NCBI GenBank assembly: GCA_963716255.1
Contig: OY970303.1
Span: 608,001-672,000, forward strand
DNA: 64,000 nt
Reading direction: 5' to 3'
From: an uncultured Gemmatimonadales bacterium
GTDB lineage: Bacteria > Gemmatimonadota > Gemmatimonadetes > Longimicrobiales > Longimicrobiaceae
Shown here: piece after piece, positions 41,344-53,507 of the stretch
Position numbering within the stretch: the stretch's first letter is position 1
Layout of the letters: the number at the start of each line of letters is the position of its first letter
Translations under genes and position numbers: made by a program
The notes under the pieces: generated by a model
What the model saw: only the letters and a program-made list of their open reading frames with translations
Told to the model about the DNA's origin: nothing
Database searches by the model: none

Positions 41344-43497
41344 ATGCAGAAGCAGTCGCCCCTGCACGACCTCGCCGACCTCGTCGGCATCGTCCCCAGC
41401 TACGTGGACCAGGCGGGCACCGAGACGCGCCTCGCCTCCGACGAGACTCGCGCCGCCATCCTGCGCGCCATGGGGATCGACGCCTCCACGCCGGAGTCGG
41501 CCCGCCAGGCGCTGGAGGACATGCGGGCCCGGGAGCGGGCGCGCGTGGTCGCCCCGGTGCGGGTGGTGCGCCGCTGCGACCCGGACGCCGCGCGGGTGGA
41601 GCTGCGGGTGCCGGGGTATGCCGCCGGCGACGCGGAGTGGAGCGTGGAGCTGGTCCCGGAGCGGGGCGAGCCCCGGCGCCTTTCCGGCACGGCTCGGCCG
41701 GAGCGAGATGGATCAGTGGCGGTGGAGCTGGGCGAGCCGCCCCCGGAGGGGTACCACCGGCTGCGCGTGTCGGTGCGCGCCGGCGGCGGGGAGCACGGCG
41801 GCGAGCAGGCGCTCGTCGTGGTGCCGGACGCCTGCCCCGCGGTGACGGAGGTCGCGGGGCACGAGCGCGTGTTCGGCGTCATCGCCAACCTGTACACGGT
41901 GCGCAGCGCGCGGAACTGGGGGGTGGGCGACCTGTCCGACCTGGGCGCGCTGCTGGAGTGGACGGCGGAGGTGGGCGGCGCCTTCGTGGGCGTCAACCCG
42001 CTGCACGCGCTCCGCAACGCCGGGGCCGACGTGAGCCCCTACAGCCCGGTGAGCCGCCTCTTCCGCAACCCCATCTACCTGGACGTGGAGGCGGTGCCGG
42101 AGCTGACGGAGAGCGGCGAGGCGCGGCGGATGCTGGAATCGGACGCGCTGCGCCGGGAGCGCGAGGCGCTGCGGGCGAGCGACCGGGTGGAGTACGAGCG
42201 GGTGATGGCGCTGAAGCGGCGCGTGCTGGCCGTGCTGCACCGCGAGTTCGCCGCCCGCCACGCCGCCTCGGAGAGCGGGCCCGGCCGGGCGTACCGGGAC
42301 TACGTGCGGGAGCAGGGCGAACCGCTGGAGGCATTCGCGACCTTCGAGGCGCTGGCCGACGCGCTGGGCACGGGGAACTGGCGGGAGTGGCCGGAGCGCT
42401 TCCGCGATCCCGCCTCCCCCGCGGTCGCGGCCTTCCGGGCAGAAAAGGAGGCGGCGGTGGACTTCAACCGCTGGCTCCAGTGGGAGCTGGACCGCCAGCT
42501 GGGGGAGGCGGCGGCGCGGGGCGGGCGCGCGGGGCTGACGGTGGGCCTGTACCAGGACCTGGCGATCGGCACCTCGGGGAGCAGCGCGGACGTGTGGGCG
42601 AACCCGCGCCTCTTCCTGCCGGGGGCGAGCATCGGCGCGCCGCCGGACGACTATTCCGCGAGCGGTCAGAACTGGGGCCTCCCGCCCATCGACCCGCGCG
42701 CGCTGCGGGAGGACGGCTACCGCTACTGGACCGCGCTGGTGCGCTCCTGCATGCGGCACGCGGGGGCGCTGCGCATCGACCACGCGGTGGGCCTCTTCCG
42801 CCAGTTCTGGATCCCGGAGGGGATGGACGGCGCGCGGGGAGCCTTCGTGCGCCTCCCGGCGGACGACCTGCTGGGGATCCTGGCGCTGGAGGCCCGGCGG
42901 CATGGGGCGCTGGTGGTGGGCGAGGACCTGGGGACGGTGCCCGCGGACGTACCGCCCGCCATGCACGCGCGCGGCGTGCTGTCGTCGCGCGTCTTCTACT
43001 TCGAGCGCGAGGGCGACGCCTTCCGCGCCGCCGCGGAGTACGAGCCCATGGCGCTCGCCACCGCCAACACGCACGACATGCCCTCGCTGGCCGGCTTCTG
43101 GGCCGCGCGCGACGTGGACCTCAAGCGCGAGGTGGGCCTGATCGGCGGCGACGAGGCCGCCGACCAGCAGCGCGGCGCCCGCCTGCGCGAGCGCCGCGCC
43201 ATCCTGGAGCGCCTCGCCGCCGACAGCTCCCTCCCCGCCGCGGAGGAGCCCGCCTCCCCCGCAGAGCTGCGCGGCGCGGTGCACGACTTCCTCTGCCGCA
43301 CCCCCGCCGCGCTGGTGGGCTTCAGCCTGGACGACCTGGTGGGCGAGGTGGAGCCGGTGAACCTCCCCGGCGTGCCGCCCGACCGCTTCTCCTCCTGGAC
43401 CCGCAAGCTGGCGACGCCCGTCGAGGCCCTCGCCACGGACCCGGACGTGCGCGCGGCGCTGCGGTGCGGAGACAGGGGAACGGAAGTGCGGGAGTGA
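41344..43497 (+). CDS. malQ: 4-alpha-glucanotransferase (GH77)
   Basis: SPYSPVSR, DLAIG, GAPPD..GQNWG, LRIDH, GEDLG and THD motifs. Confidence 0.95.
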   Translation: MQKQSPLHDLADLVGIVPSYVDQAGTETRLASDETRAAILRAMGIDASTPESARQALEDMRARERARVVAPVRVVRRCDPDAARVELRVPGYAAGDAEWSVELVPERGEPRRLSGTARPERDGSVAVELGEPPPEGYHRLRVSVRAGGGEHGGEQALVVVPDACPAVTEVAGHERVFGVIANLYTVRSARNWGVGDLSDLGALLEWTAEVGGAFVGVNPLHALRNAGADVSPYSPVSRLFRNPIYLDVEAVPELTESGEARRMLESDALRREREALRASDRVEYERVMALKRRVLAVLHREFAARHAASESGPGRAYRDYVREQGEPLEAFATFEALADALGTGNWREWPERFRDPASPAVAAFRAEKEAAVDFNRWLQWELDRQLGEAAARGGRAGLTVGLYQDLAIGTSGSSADVWANPRLFLPGASIGAPPDDYSASGQNWGLPPIDPRALREDGYRYWTALVRSCMRHAGALRIDHAVGLFRQFWIPEGMDGARGAFVRLPADDLLGILALEARRHGALVVGEDLGTVPADVPPAMHARGVLSSRVFYFEREGDAFRAAAEYEPMALATANTHDMPSLAGFWAARDVDLKREVGLIGGDEAADQQRGARLRERRAILERLAADSSLPAAEEPASPAELRGAVHDFLCRTPAALVGFSLDDLVGEVEPVNLPGVPPDRFSSWTRKLATPVEALATDPDVRAALRCGDRGTEVRE

Positions 43498-43507
43498 ACG
43501 GCAAAGA

Positions 43508-43688
43508 CCCCCTCCCACGGCCCCTCCCCGCAAGGGGGAGGGGAGCACGACGACGGCCCTCACCCGGCTCGCTTGAGGCTCGCCACCCTCTCCCGATCCT
43601 GGGAGAGGGGGCAACGGCTGGACTCCGCGTGGTTCTCCCCTCCCCCGCTTGCGGGGGAGAGGTGGCGCGAAGCGCCGGGGTGGGGGGT
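43508..43688. repeat. Family D repeat cluster
   Basis: Three CCCTC(T/C)CCC...GGG(A/G)GAGG hairpins, including the GGCTCGCTTGAGGCTCGCC core. Confidence 0.82.
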
Positions 43689-43713
43689 CCCCGCGGACGC
43701 CAGCGCGAGCCCC

Positions 43714-43844
43714 GCGTGAGGGATTTCGGCCCGAAGGGGCGAGACCCCGCGGGCAGTTTCGCGGGGGCTCGACTCCGTTGCAAACGGTAGTATCGTTTGC
43801 TACGGAGCCGAAGCCCGACCCCGGCGCCAGCCGGGGGCACGCCC
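43714..43844. repeat. Structured repeat family A, copy 6 (inverted)
   Basis: GCGTGAGGGATTTC...CACGCCC. Confidence 0.95.
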
Positions 43845-43867
43845 GAACCCTGCCGTTCAAAAGCAGT

Positions 43868-46048
<2,181 letters not shown>

Positions 46049-46146
46049 GTGGCCTCTGGGTGGGGAACCGGGCTTCGACTTCGTTCGAACGGGGGGCCGC
46101 TCTGGCAAGTCAGGTGCCGGGTGGGACGGCTTCCGGCGGAGGGCTC

Positions 46147-46273
46147 GGGCGTGCCCCCGCTGGCGCGGGGTCGGGCTGCGGCTCCGTAGCAGACGAAACT
46201 ACCGTCTGCAACGGAGGCGAGCCCCGGGAAACCGCCCCCGGGTCTCGCCGCTTCGCGCTCGCATCCCTCACGC
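46147..46273. repeat. Structured repeat family A, copy 7 (subtype 2)
   Basis: Ends ...GTCTCGCCGCTTCGCGCTCGCATCCCTCACGC. Confidence 0.92.
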
Positions 46274-46350
46274 GGGCACCCTGCTGGCGTCCGCGCGGCG
46301 GCCCCGTTCCGCAGTTCCTTGCCTCTCCCGGAACTGCCCCTTCCCGCGGC

Positions 46351-47319
46351 TCAGGCGATGCCGGCTCCGCCGGCCGCGGCGCCGCGCACGCGCTCGGCGT
46401 CCCGGCGCGGCGGCTGGCCGAAGAGCCGGGCGTATTCGCGGCTGAACTGCGACGCGCTCGCGTACCCCACCTCGTAGGCGACCGCGTCCGCGCTCGGCGC
46501 TCCCGACAGCATGCGGCGGCGAGCCTCCTGCAGCCGCAGCCGCTTCTGGTACTGGATGGGGCTCATCGCCGTGGCCGCCTTGAAGTGCTGGTGCAGCGCC
46601 GAAGGGCTCATGTGCACCCGGTGCGCGAGCGCCCGGACTTCCAGGGGTTCCGCGAAGTGCTCCCGGATCCAGGCGATCGCTCCCGAGACCCGGCGCAGGC
46701 GGCCGTCCCCGATCGCGATCTGGGCCAGCCGCCCGAACTGCTCGCCCTGCAGCAGGCGGTAGGCGAGCTCCCGCAGGACCAGGGGCGCCAGCACCGGGAC
46801 GTCTTCCGGGGCGTCGAGGAGCCGCACCAGCCGCAGGAGCCCGTCCAGGAGCGGCGCCCGCAGGGGGCTCACGTAGAGCGCCCGCCCGTCGTGATCGTCG
46901 GGGGGTGCCCGCCGGCCCGTCTCCACGATCAGCGCCGCGAGCTCGCGCGGATCGACCGCCAGCGTCATGCAGAGGTACGGCTCGTCCGGGGTGGCCTCCA
47001 GGACGTTGCCGACGACCGGCAGCTCGACCGAGACCGCGAGGTACTGCGACCGGTCGTAGACGTAGGTGGCACCGCCGAGCGTCACCTGCTTCCGCCCCTG
47101 CACCACCACGTACACCGCGGGCTCCTGGAGGACGGGCGCCGGCTCCGTCGGGTGCGAGAACCGGTACAGCTTCAGCGCCGGGATTCCCGTCTCGTGCCTT
47201 CCGTCCACGCCCGTCCGGCGCTCGAGGATCCCTACGAGCTCACGCCGCAGCGCCTCCAGGCGGGCGGCCTCGGGATCGAGTTCCTCGGCCGAGCCGGTTG
47301 CGTGCGGGTCGAGTATCAT
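46351..47319 (-). CDS. AraC-family regulator (YqhC-like)
   Basis: VVQGRK, MSPIQYQKRLRLQEARR and VGYASASQFSREY motifs. Confidence 0.93.
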   Translation of the reverse strand: MILDPHATGSAEELDPEAARLEALRRELVGILERRTGVDGRHETGIPALKLYRFSHPTEPAPVLQEPAVYVVVQGRKQVTLGGATYVYDRSQYLAVSVELPVVGNVLEATPDEPYLCMTLAVDPRELAALIVETGRRAPPDDHDGRALYVSPLRAPLLDGLLRLVRLLDAPEDVPVLAPLVLRELAYRLLQGEQFGRLAQIAIGDGRLRRVSGAIAWIREHFAEPLEVRALAHRVHMSPSALHQHFKAATAMSPIQYQKRLRLQEARRRMLSGAPSADAVAYEVGYASASQFSREYARLFGQPPRRDAERVRGAAAGGAGIA

Positions 47320-47528
47320 CGCTGCGCGCTCTCGTTGAGTGGACGGCCTGCCGGGTCGCCCGGACGATACGTCGTCTCCCTCCGTGCTTCCAGCGTCGTG
47401 GAGGAAAGGGCAAGCATCGTCCACGATCGGGCAGAAGCCGCGCGGGGCGGGACGATTAACTTGCTTCCTCGCAATCGATGCCCGCGGCGGCTCGCCGACC
47501 CGGTGCAAAAAACGGAGAAGGAGACATC

Positions 47529-48401
47529 ATGACGGACAGGAAGACCTGGTTCATCACGGGAGCCGGCCGTGGCATGGGCGTCGACATCGCCCGGGCCGCC
47601 CGGGACGCCGGCCACGCGGTCGTGGCCACCGGCCGGGACCCAGACGCGGTGGCCCGGGTCCTGGGCGCGGCGGACGACCTCCTGGCCGTGAAGCTAGACG
47701 TCACCCGCCCCGCCGATGCCGCCGCGGCGGCACGGGCCGCCGTCGAGCGCTTCGGCCGCATCGACGTGCTGGTCAACAACGCCGCCAACTTCCACGCGGG
47801 CTACTTCGAGGAGCTGACGCCGGAGCAGGTCGAGCGGCAGCTCGCGACCAGCCTCCTGGGCCCGATGAACGTCACGCGGGCGATCCTGCCGGTCATGCGC
47901 GGGCAGCGCTCCGGGCACATCGTCTCGATCTCGTCGACGGCGGGCCTCATGGGCTACGAGTTCTGCACGGCCTACTCCGCCTCCAAGTTCGGCCTGGAGG
48001 GGTGGATGCAGGCGCTGGAGGCCGAGGTCGCCCCGTTCGGCATCCACACCACGCTCGTGAACCCGGGCTTCTTCCGCACGGAGCTCCTCACGGAGCAGTC
48101 GACGGCCTACGCGGAGCCGTCCATCGAGGACTACGCCCAGCGCACGGCCGCCCAGCAGGAGTTCTGGAAGTCCCAGAACGGGAAGCAGGGGGGCGACCCC
48201 GCGAAGCTCGCCCGGGCGCTGGTCACGATCATGAGCGAAGCGCAGCCGCCGCGGCGCTTCCTCGCGGGCGCCGACGCGGTCGCCACCGCCGAGCAGGTGG
48301 TCGCCGACCTCCAAACCCAGATCGACGCGTACCGCGAGCTCTCGTCGTCGCTCGCCATCGACGACGACGGTCCCGCCGGGAACGGGAGCGGGAACGCCTG
48401 A
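47529..48401 (+). CDS. SDR-family oxidoreductase
   Basis: WFITGAGRGMG, NNA, YSASK and PGFFRT motifs. Confidence 0.93.
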   Translation: MTDRKTWFITGAGRGMGVDIARAARDAGHAVVATGRDPDAVARVLGAADDLLAVKLDVTRPADAAAAARAAVERFGRIDVLVNNAANFHAGYFEELTPEQVERQLATSLLGPMNVTRAILPVMRGQRSGHIVSISSTAGLMGYEFCTAYSASKFGLEGWMQALEAEVAPFGIHTTLVNPGFFRTELLTEQSTAYAEPSIEDYAQRTAAQQEFWKSQNGKQGGDPAKLARALVTIMSEAQPPRRFLAGADAVATAEQVVADLQTQIDAYRELSSSLAIDDDGPAGNGSGNA

Positions 48402-48482
48402 CAAATAACGGCGGCCGCTCGGCGCGCCGCGACACCGGGCCGCGGACATCTTCGACTCGTCCGCGGCCGCCATGGCCAAAAG

Positions 48483-48512
48483 AAAACGGGCCCATCGCGG
48501 TGATGGGCCCGT
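48483..48512 (-). terminator. Terminator after tRNA-Ala
   Basis: ACGGGCCCATC-ACCGC-GATGGGCCCGT-TTT on the minus strand. Confidence 0.7.
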
Positions 48513-48517
48513 CGGAG

Positions 48518-48590
48518 TGGAGCGTATCGGGATCGAACCGATGACCTCCGCCTTGCAAAGGCGGCGCTCTCCCAGCTGAGCTAACGCCCC
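48518..48590 (-). tRNA. tRNA-Ala(TGC)
   Basis: GGGGCGTTAGCTCAGCTGGGAGAGCG...TTTGCAA...GGTTCGATCC...ACGCTCCA; G3:U70 pair; CCA not encoded. Confidence 0.97.
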
Positions 48591-48605
48591 TTGTTTGGGG
48601 CGCCG

Positions 48606-48635
48606 AATATAACGCTTCCGGCCGTTTTGCGTCAA
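48606..48635 (-). promoter_or_regulatory. Putative tRNA promoter
   Basis: TTGACG-N18-TATATT. Confidence 0.55.
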
Positions 48636-48769
48636 CCGCGCAGCGCCCTGCCGCGCCGGCGGCCGGCCCCGAGTTGCCACGTGGAACCCGCGGCGGCATA
48701 ATCAGTAGCAATTCGCGCGGCAACCACCGCGCGCGCCAGGCGTTCCCGTCCACCCGCATCCGGCTGCAC

Positions 48770-50982
48770 ATGATCCCGTCGCTGCTGACCCGCAAGATCG
48801 AGAAGCTTCCCCCGAGGTGCGCCTCGAAGGGCGCATCCTCTTCCTGGTGGACGACCCGGAGCTGGTCCGGCGGCAGCTGGAGGGAGAGGACGTGGAGCTC
48901 ACGGAGGAGCTGCGCGGCCTGCTCCGCGACAACATCTCCACCGACGAGATCACCCCGGCGTACATCTGCTACTACTTCGACGAGACGCTGGGGGAGTTCC
49001 CGTACCTGGGGCTCAAGGCCGGGAGCGAGTTCCCCATCCGGCAAGGGAGCGTGAAGAAGGGCGGCTTCGTGGCCTCCGTCTCCGGGAGGCGGCGCGGCAA
49101 GGGGAGCTCGCGCGAGCAGAGCCCCTACGCCGAGATGATGGCCGGCATCCGCGTGGTCATCGCCGAGAACATCGAGCGCATCTACCGCGAGAACTGCCAG
49201 AACCTGGGCGTCCTCACCAGCACCAACTTCGAGCTGGTGGAGCGCATCCGCCGCGGCGAGACCATTCCCCTCACCGAGTTCACCGACGGCGCGGACGAGA
49301 TCACCCGGGGCATCATCGAGCACGGCGGCCTCTTCAACTACAACGTGGCGCGCCTCCAGGGGCGGGTGAGCACCCCGCCCATCTCCTGCCACCGCGAGCA
49401 GCCGGGGAGCGTGGCCCCCGACGCCGAGGACGTGCGCGCGCTCCGCGGCAGCGGCGCCGGCGACGCGCCCGGCCCCGGCACCGGCGTGGACTCCGCCGCG
49501 GCGCAGCTCGTCGCCACCTCCACCTCCAACGCCGGCACTGACGCGCTGGGCGCCCCCGAGGGCACCGCGCACCGCGCGCCCCGGCCCATGACCATCGCCG
49601 AGAAGATCTTCGCGCGGCACTGGGTCACGGACCTGGCCCGGGGCGCCACCGGCGTGCAGTGGGTGCAGCCCGGCGACTCCGGCTTCGTGCAGACGGACAT
49701 CCGCTTCTCGCACGAGTACGTCACCCCCATGTCCGCCATCTTCTTCGAGCGCTACGTGGGCGAGGACGAGCGGGTGCTGGAGCCGGAATCCATCCTCTTC
49801 TTCCGCGACCACCTCACCTTCCTCAAGGACGCCATGTCCCCCGAGCGGGTGCAGCTGGGGCTGCTGGACGTGGCCAACCAGCTGGAGGTGAAGCAGCGCG
49901 AGTTCGCGGAAAAGCAGGGGGTGCGGCTGTACGGCGAGCTGGGGCACGGCAAGCACGGCTCCGAGGCCATCTGCCACTCCAAGATCCTGGAGCAGTACGC
50001 GCTCCCGGGACACGTCATCATCGGCTCCGACTCGCACACGCCGCACGCGGGCGCCGTGGGGTGCGTGGCCTTCGGAGTGGGGACCACCGCCATCTTCAAC
50101 TCCTGGATCACCAGGGACGTGCGGGTGGAGGTGCCCAGGTCGTTCCGCGTGGTGGTGCACGGCGACAAGCCCGAGAACGTGTCGGCCAAGGACTTCATGC
50201 TGGAGATCCTGCGCCACCCGTACATCAAGGACGGGCACGCCATCGGGCAGATCATCGAGTACGCGGGGCCGGCGGTGGAGTCGCTCAGCGTGGACGAGCG
50301 CGCCACCATGACCAACATGGCCGCCGAGGTGGGCGCCTTCACCGGGATCGTGGCGCCGGACGCAAAGACGGTGGACTACCTGGTGGAGCAGCGGGGGATG
50401 AGCCGCGAGGAGGCGGAGCGGCTGACAGCGGGGCTGTTCTCGGACGAGGGCGCCGACTACGTCACCGTCATCGAGATCGACGCCTCGAAGCTGCGGCCCA
50501 TGATCGCGCTCCCCGGCGACCCGGGGAACGGGATGTACGTGGAGGAGCTGGGCGACGAGGTGCGCATCGACATCGCCTACGCAGGGAGCTGCACCGCGGG
50601 GAAGAAGGAGGACATGGACATGTACGCCCGCGTCCTCCGAGAGTACCACGAGCGCGGCGTCCGCAAGCCGGAGGGCGTGCAGCTGTACATCCAGTGCGGC
50701 TCGCAGGAGGTGTACGCGTACTGCCAGGAGCAGGGGTATGACCGCGTCTTCCAGGAGGTGGGCGCCACCTTCATCGAGCCGTCGTGCGGGGCCTGCATCA
50801 ACGCGGGCCCGGGCGTGTCGCGCCGGCCCACGGACGTCACCATCAGCGCCATCAACCGCAACTTCCCCGGGCGCTCGGGGCCGGGGCAGCTGTACCTGGC
50901 CTCGCCCTACACCGTGGCCGCCTCGGCCATGGAGGGGCGCATCGTCGCCTGGGAGCCTCAGGGCGAGCCGGCCGGCGTCTGA
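48770..50982 (+). CDS. Aconitase-family dehydratase, LeuD-like plus LeuC-like fusion (apparent frameshift near 48809-48813)
   Basis: DNISTDEITP and GKGSSREQ swivel domain at the N-terminus; ICH, DSHT, GSCT, CGAC and NRNFPGR. The continuous ORF starts at GTG 48817. Confidence 0.85.
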
Positions 50983-51064
50983 ACCTTCCCGACGAATTGC
51001 TTGCTTTCGCCGCGGACTTCCCTATGTTTCGGTTTATGTTCGGAACCCTTCCACCCCTGTCCAC

Positions 51065-51496
51065 ATGAGCGCCAAGGACGAAGCGCTGCGGCTGATCGGC
51101 GCGCTCCCCGGGGACGCGTCGTGGGACGACGTGGCCGCCGCGCTCAGCTCCCCCGCCTACGAGGCGGGGAGCACGCCGGTCCGGCGGGTGCGGGAGTTCC
51201 AGGCCTCGTACGGCCCCGCGCCGGACGCCGCGGCGCCGGCGCAGGCCCACACCGAAGCAGGGAGCAGCGAGATGGGCTACAGCGAGCGAATCACCATCCA
51301 GTCCGGAAAGCGCGGCGGCCGGCCGTGCGTGCGGGGCCTGCGCATCAGCGTCTACGACGTGCTCGGGTACCTGGCCGCGGGGATGTCCGAGGAAGCCATC
51401 CTCGCCGACTTCCCCGACCTGGAGCGCGCCGACGTGCGGGCCTGCCTCGCCTTCGCCGCGGACCAGGAGCGGAGGGTGGTGCGGGTCCCCGCGTGA
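51065..51496 (+). CDS. DUF433-domain antitoxin with N-terminal extension
   Basis: ITIQSGKRGGRPCVRGLRISVYDVL..LAAG..ILADFPDL; alternative start at ATG 51272. Confidence 0.85.
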   Translation: MSAKDEALRLIGALPGDASWDDVAAALSSPAYEAGSTPVRRVREFQASYGPAPDAAAPAQAHTEAGSSEMGYSERITIQSGKRGGRPCVRGLRISVYDVLGYLAAGMSEEAILADFPDLERADVRACLAFAADQERRVVRVPA

Positions 51497-51825
51497 GGCT
51501 GCTCCTGGACGAGAACCTGTCGTTCCGGCTGGCGGCGCTCCTCGCGGACGCCTTCCCCGGTACGGCGCACGTGCGCGACGTGGGGCTCTCCGGCGCGGAC
51601 GACGACGCGGTGTGGGAGCACGCGCGCGTCCACGGCCTGGCGGTCGCCTCCAAGGACTCGGACTTCCACGACCGCGCCCGGCTGCACGGCCCGCCCCCCA
51701 AGCTGGTGTGGATCCAGCGGGGGAACTGCTCCACCCGCGACATCGAGGCGATCCTCCGCCGCCACCGCGCCGACCTGGAGCGCTTCGACTCGGAGCGCGG
51801 GGCCGCGGTCCTCGTGCTGGCGTGA
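51493..51825 (+). CDS. DUF5615/PIN-like toxin
   Basis: LLLDENLS, DDAVW, SKDSDF and PPKLVW motifs; GTGA overlap with the antitoxin. Confidence 0.88.
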   Translation: MRLLLDENLSFRLAALLADAFPGTAHVRDVGLSGADDDAVWEHARVHGLAVASKDSDFHDRARLHGPPPKLVWIQRGNCSTRDIEAILRRHRADLERFDSERGAAVLVLA

Positions 51826-51895
51826 ACGGCCCCGCGTCCGTCCCCGCTTCCGCCGCACCTTCATCCTCTCGCCTTCCCCACCCGCCGGAGTAGCC

Positions 51896-52639
51896 ATGAA
51901 GGTGGAAGACTACGTGGGTGAAGTCCTCGGACAGCGGGGGCACCCCAACAGCTTCCCCAAGGAGCTGGTCCTCCCCGACGACCTCGTGGTCGGCTTCTCG
52001 GCGCTGTTCGTCGCGGGCGAAAAGGAGGCCCGCGAGTACGGCTGCAACCTCATCTACGAGGAGTCGCGCAACGAGCTGTCCAGGTCCCAGCGGTACGTGG
52101 GCGACATGAACAGCTGCCCCATCCGCACCATGATGCACTGGGAGAACTGCGCGGACGTGCACTGCCACCCGGCCGCATCCATCGGCGACGTGGACGGGTA
52201 CTCCCCGCATTCCATGGAAGACTTCCTTTCCTTCAGCGAGCAGACGCACAAGCCGCTCTTCATCCGCTTCGTCGTCTCGCACGACCGCATCTACGCCGCC
52301 GTGTACCGGAAGGGGCACACCCTCTACGACGCCCAGGGGATCGACGAGCTGCGCGGCAGGCTGGCGTACGAGATCGGGCAGTACTTCAAGTCGCGCTGCC
52401 CCGTGGGGGACGAGGAGCGCCTGGAGACGATCATGAAGGAGCAGGAGAAGGCGCGCCTGGTGGGGGAGGACGTGAACGACGCGGCCGCCCGGGTGGTGAT
52501 CGAGTTCAAGCGGCGGACCCCGGGGCTGGGCGAGTTCACGGCCGAGGCGACCACCAAGGCGTGCAAGCAGGTGGCGGCCCGGTACCGGTTCGGCTTCTAC
52601 GCGCGCAGCGGCACCTACACCCTGGCGCGGGTGGACTGA
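51896..52639 (+). CDS. Hypothetical protein with JAB/MPN-like motif
   Basis: REYG...DVHCHP...SMED. Confidence 0.7.
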   Translation: MKVEDYVGEVLGQRGHPNSFPKELVLPDDLVVGFSALFVAGEKEAREYGCNLIYEESRNELSRSQRYVGDMNSCPIRTMMHWENCADVHCHPAASIGDVDGYSPHSMEDFLSFSEQTHKPLFIRFVVSHDRIYAAVYRKGHTLYDAQGIDELRGRLAYEIGQYFKSRCPVGDEERLETIMKEQEKARLVGEDVNDAAARVVIEFKRRTPGLGEFTAEATTKACKQVAARYRFGFYARSGTYTLARVD

Positions 52640-52679
52640 TGGGGCCGGTTTTACTGCAACGGCGTTGAAGGGCGGGTTC

Positions 52680-52811
52680 GGGCGTGCCCCCGGCTGCGCC
52701 GGGGTCGGGCTGCGGCTCCGTAACGCACGATACGACCGTGCGTAACGGAGGCGAGCCCCGGTGGAAACAGCCCCGCCGGGTCTCGCCGCTTCGCGCTCGC
52801 ATCCCTCACGC
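52680..52811. repeat. Structured repeat family A, copy 8 (subtype 2)
   Basis: Inverted relative to copy 9, which lies 180 bp away. Confidence 0.92.
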
Positions 52812-52841
52812 GGGCACCGCGCTGGCGCCCGCGAGGGTGGA

Positions 52842-52893
52842 CCCCCTCACCCCCTGGCCCCCCTCTCCCCCGCAAGCGGGGGAAAGGGGGAGA
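52842..52893. repeat. Family D repeat
   Basis: CCCCTCACCCCCTGGCCCCCCTCTCCCCCGCAAGCGGGGGAAAGGGGG. Confidence 0.78.
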
Positions 52894-52991
52894 ACGGCAC
52901 GGCGTCGTTGCCTTCAGCGCGCGTTCCCCTGACCCGCGCAAAGACGAGCGCCCCCAACCGGGATCCCCCGGTGAGGGCGCTTTTCGCAGTC

Positions 52992-53120
52992 GCGTGAGGG
53001 ATTACGGCCCGAAGGGGCGAGACCCGCGGGCAGTTTCGCGGGGCTCGACTCCGTTAGCGAGCGTTGTTTGCTCGCTTACGGAGCCGAAGCCCGACCCCGG
53101 CGCCAGCCGGGGGCACGCCC
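52992..53120. repeat. Structured repeat family A, copy 9 (inverted)
   Basis: GCGTGAGGGATTAC...CACGCCC. Confidence 0.95.
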
Positions 53121-53137
53121 ACATCAGCCGTAAGAAC

Positions 53138-53488
53138 TCACGCCGTCCCGTGACCGGTAAGCTGCTTGCCGCCCAGGATGTGCACGTGCAGGTGAGGCAC
53201 CGTCTGCCCCCCCTCGTCGCCGGTGTTGATGACCACGCGGTAGCCGCGCTCCGCCAGCCCCTCCTGCTCCGCGATGCGCCGCACCGCCAGCAGCAGCCGC
53301 CCGGCCAGCTCCGCGTCCTCCTCCTCCAGCTGCGCCAGCGAGGGGATGGGCTTGCGGGGGATCACCAGCACGTGCGTGGGCGCCGCCGGGTTGATGTCGC
53401 GGATGGCGACCAGGTGCTCGTCCTGGTAAACGAAGGTGCCGGGGATCTCCCCGTCGATGATCCTGCTGAAGATGGTTCGCTCGGCCAT
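53138..53488 (-). CDS. HIT-family nucleotide-binding protein
   Basis: TIFSRII, DINP.APTH and HLHVHILGG motifs. Confidence 0.94.
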   Translation of the reverse strand: MAERTIFSRIIDGEIPGTFVYQDEHLVAIRDINPAAPTHVLVIPRKPIPSLAQLEEEDAELAGRLLLAVRRIAEQEGLAERGYRVVINTGDEGGQTVPHLHVHILGGKQLTGHGTA

Positions 53489-53507
53489 GTTCGCTCGTCC
53501 GTCGTTG

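Noticed and set aside
46351..48590. Integrated island at the tRNA-Ala 3' end
   Set aside because: No integrase and no duplicated tRNA 3' end seen in the window.
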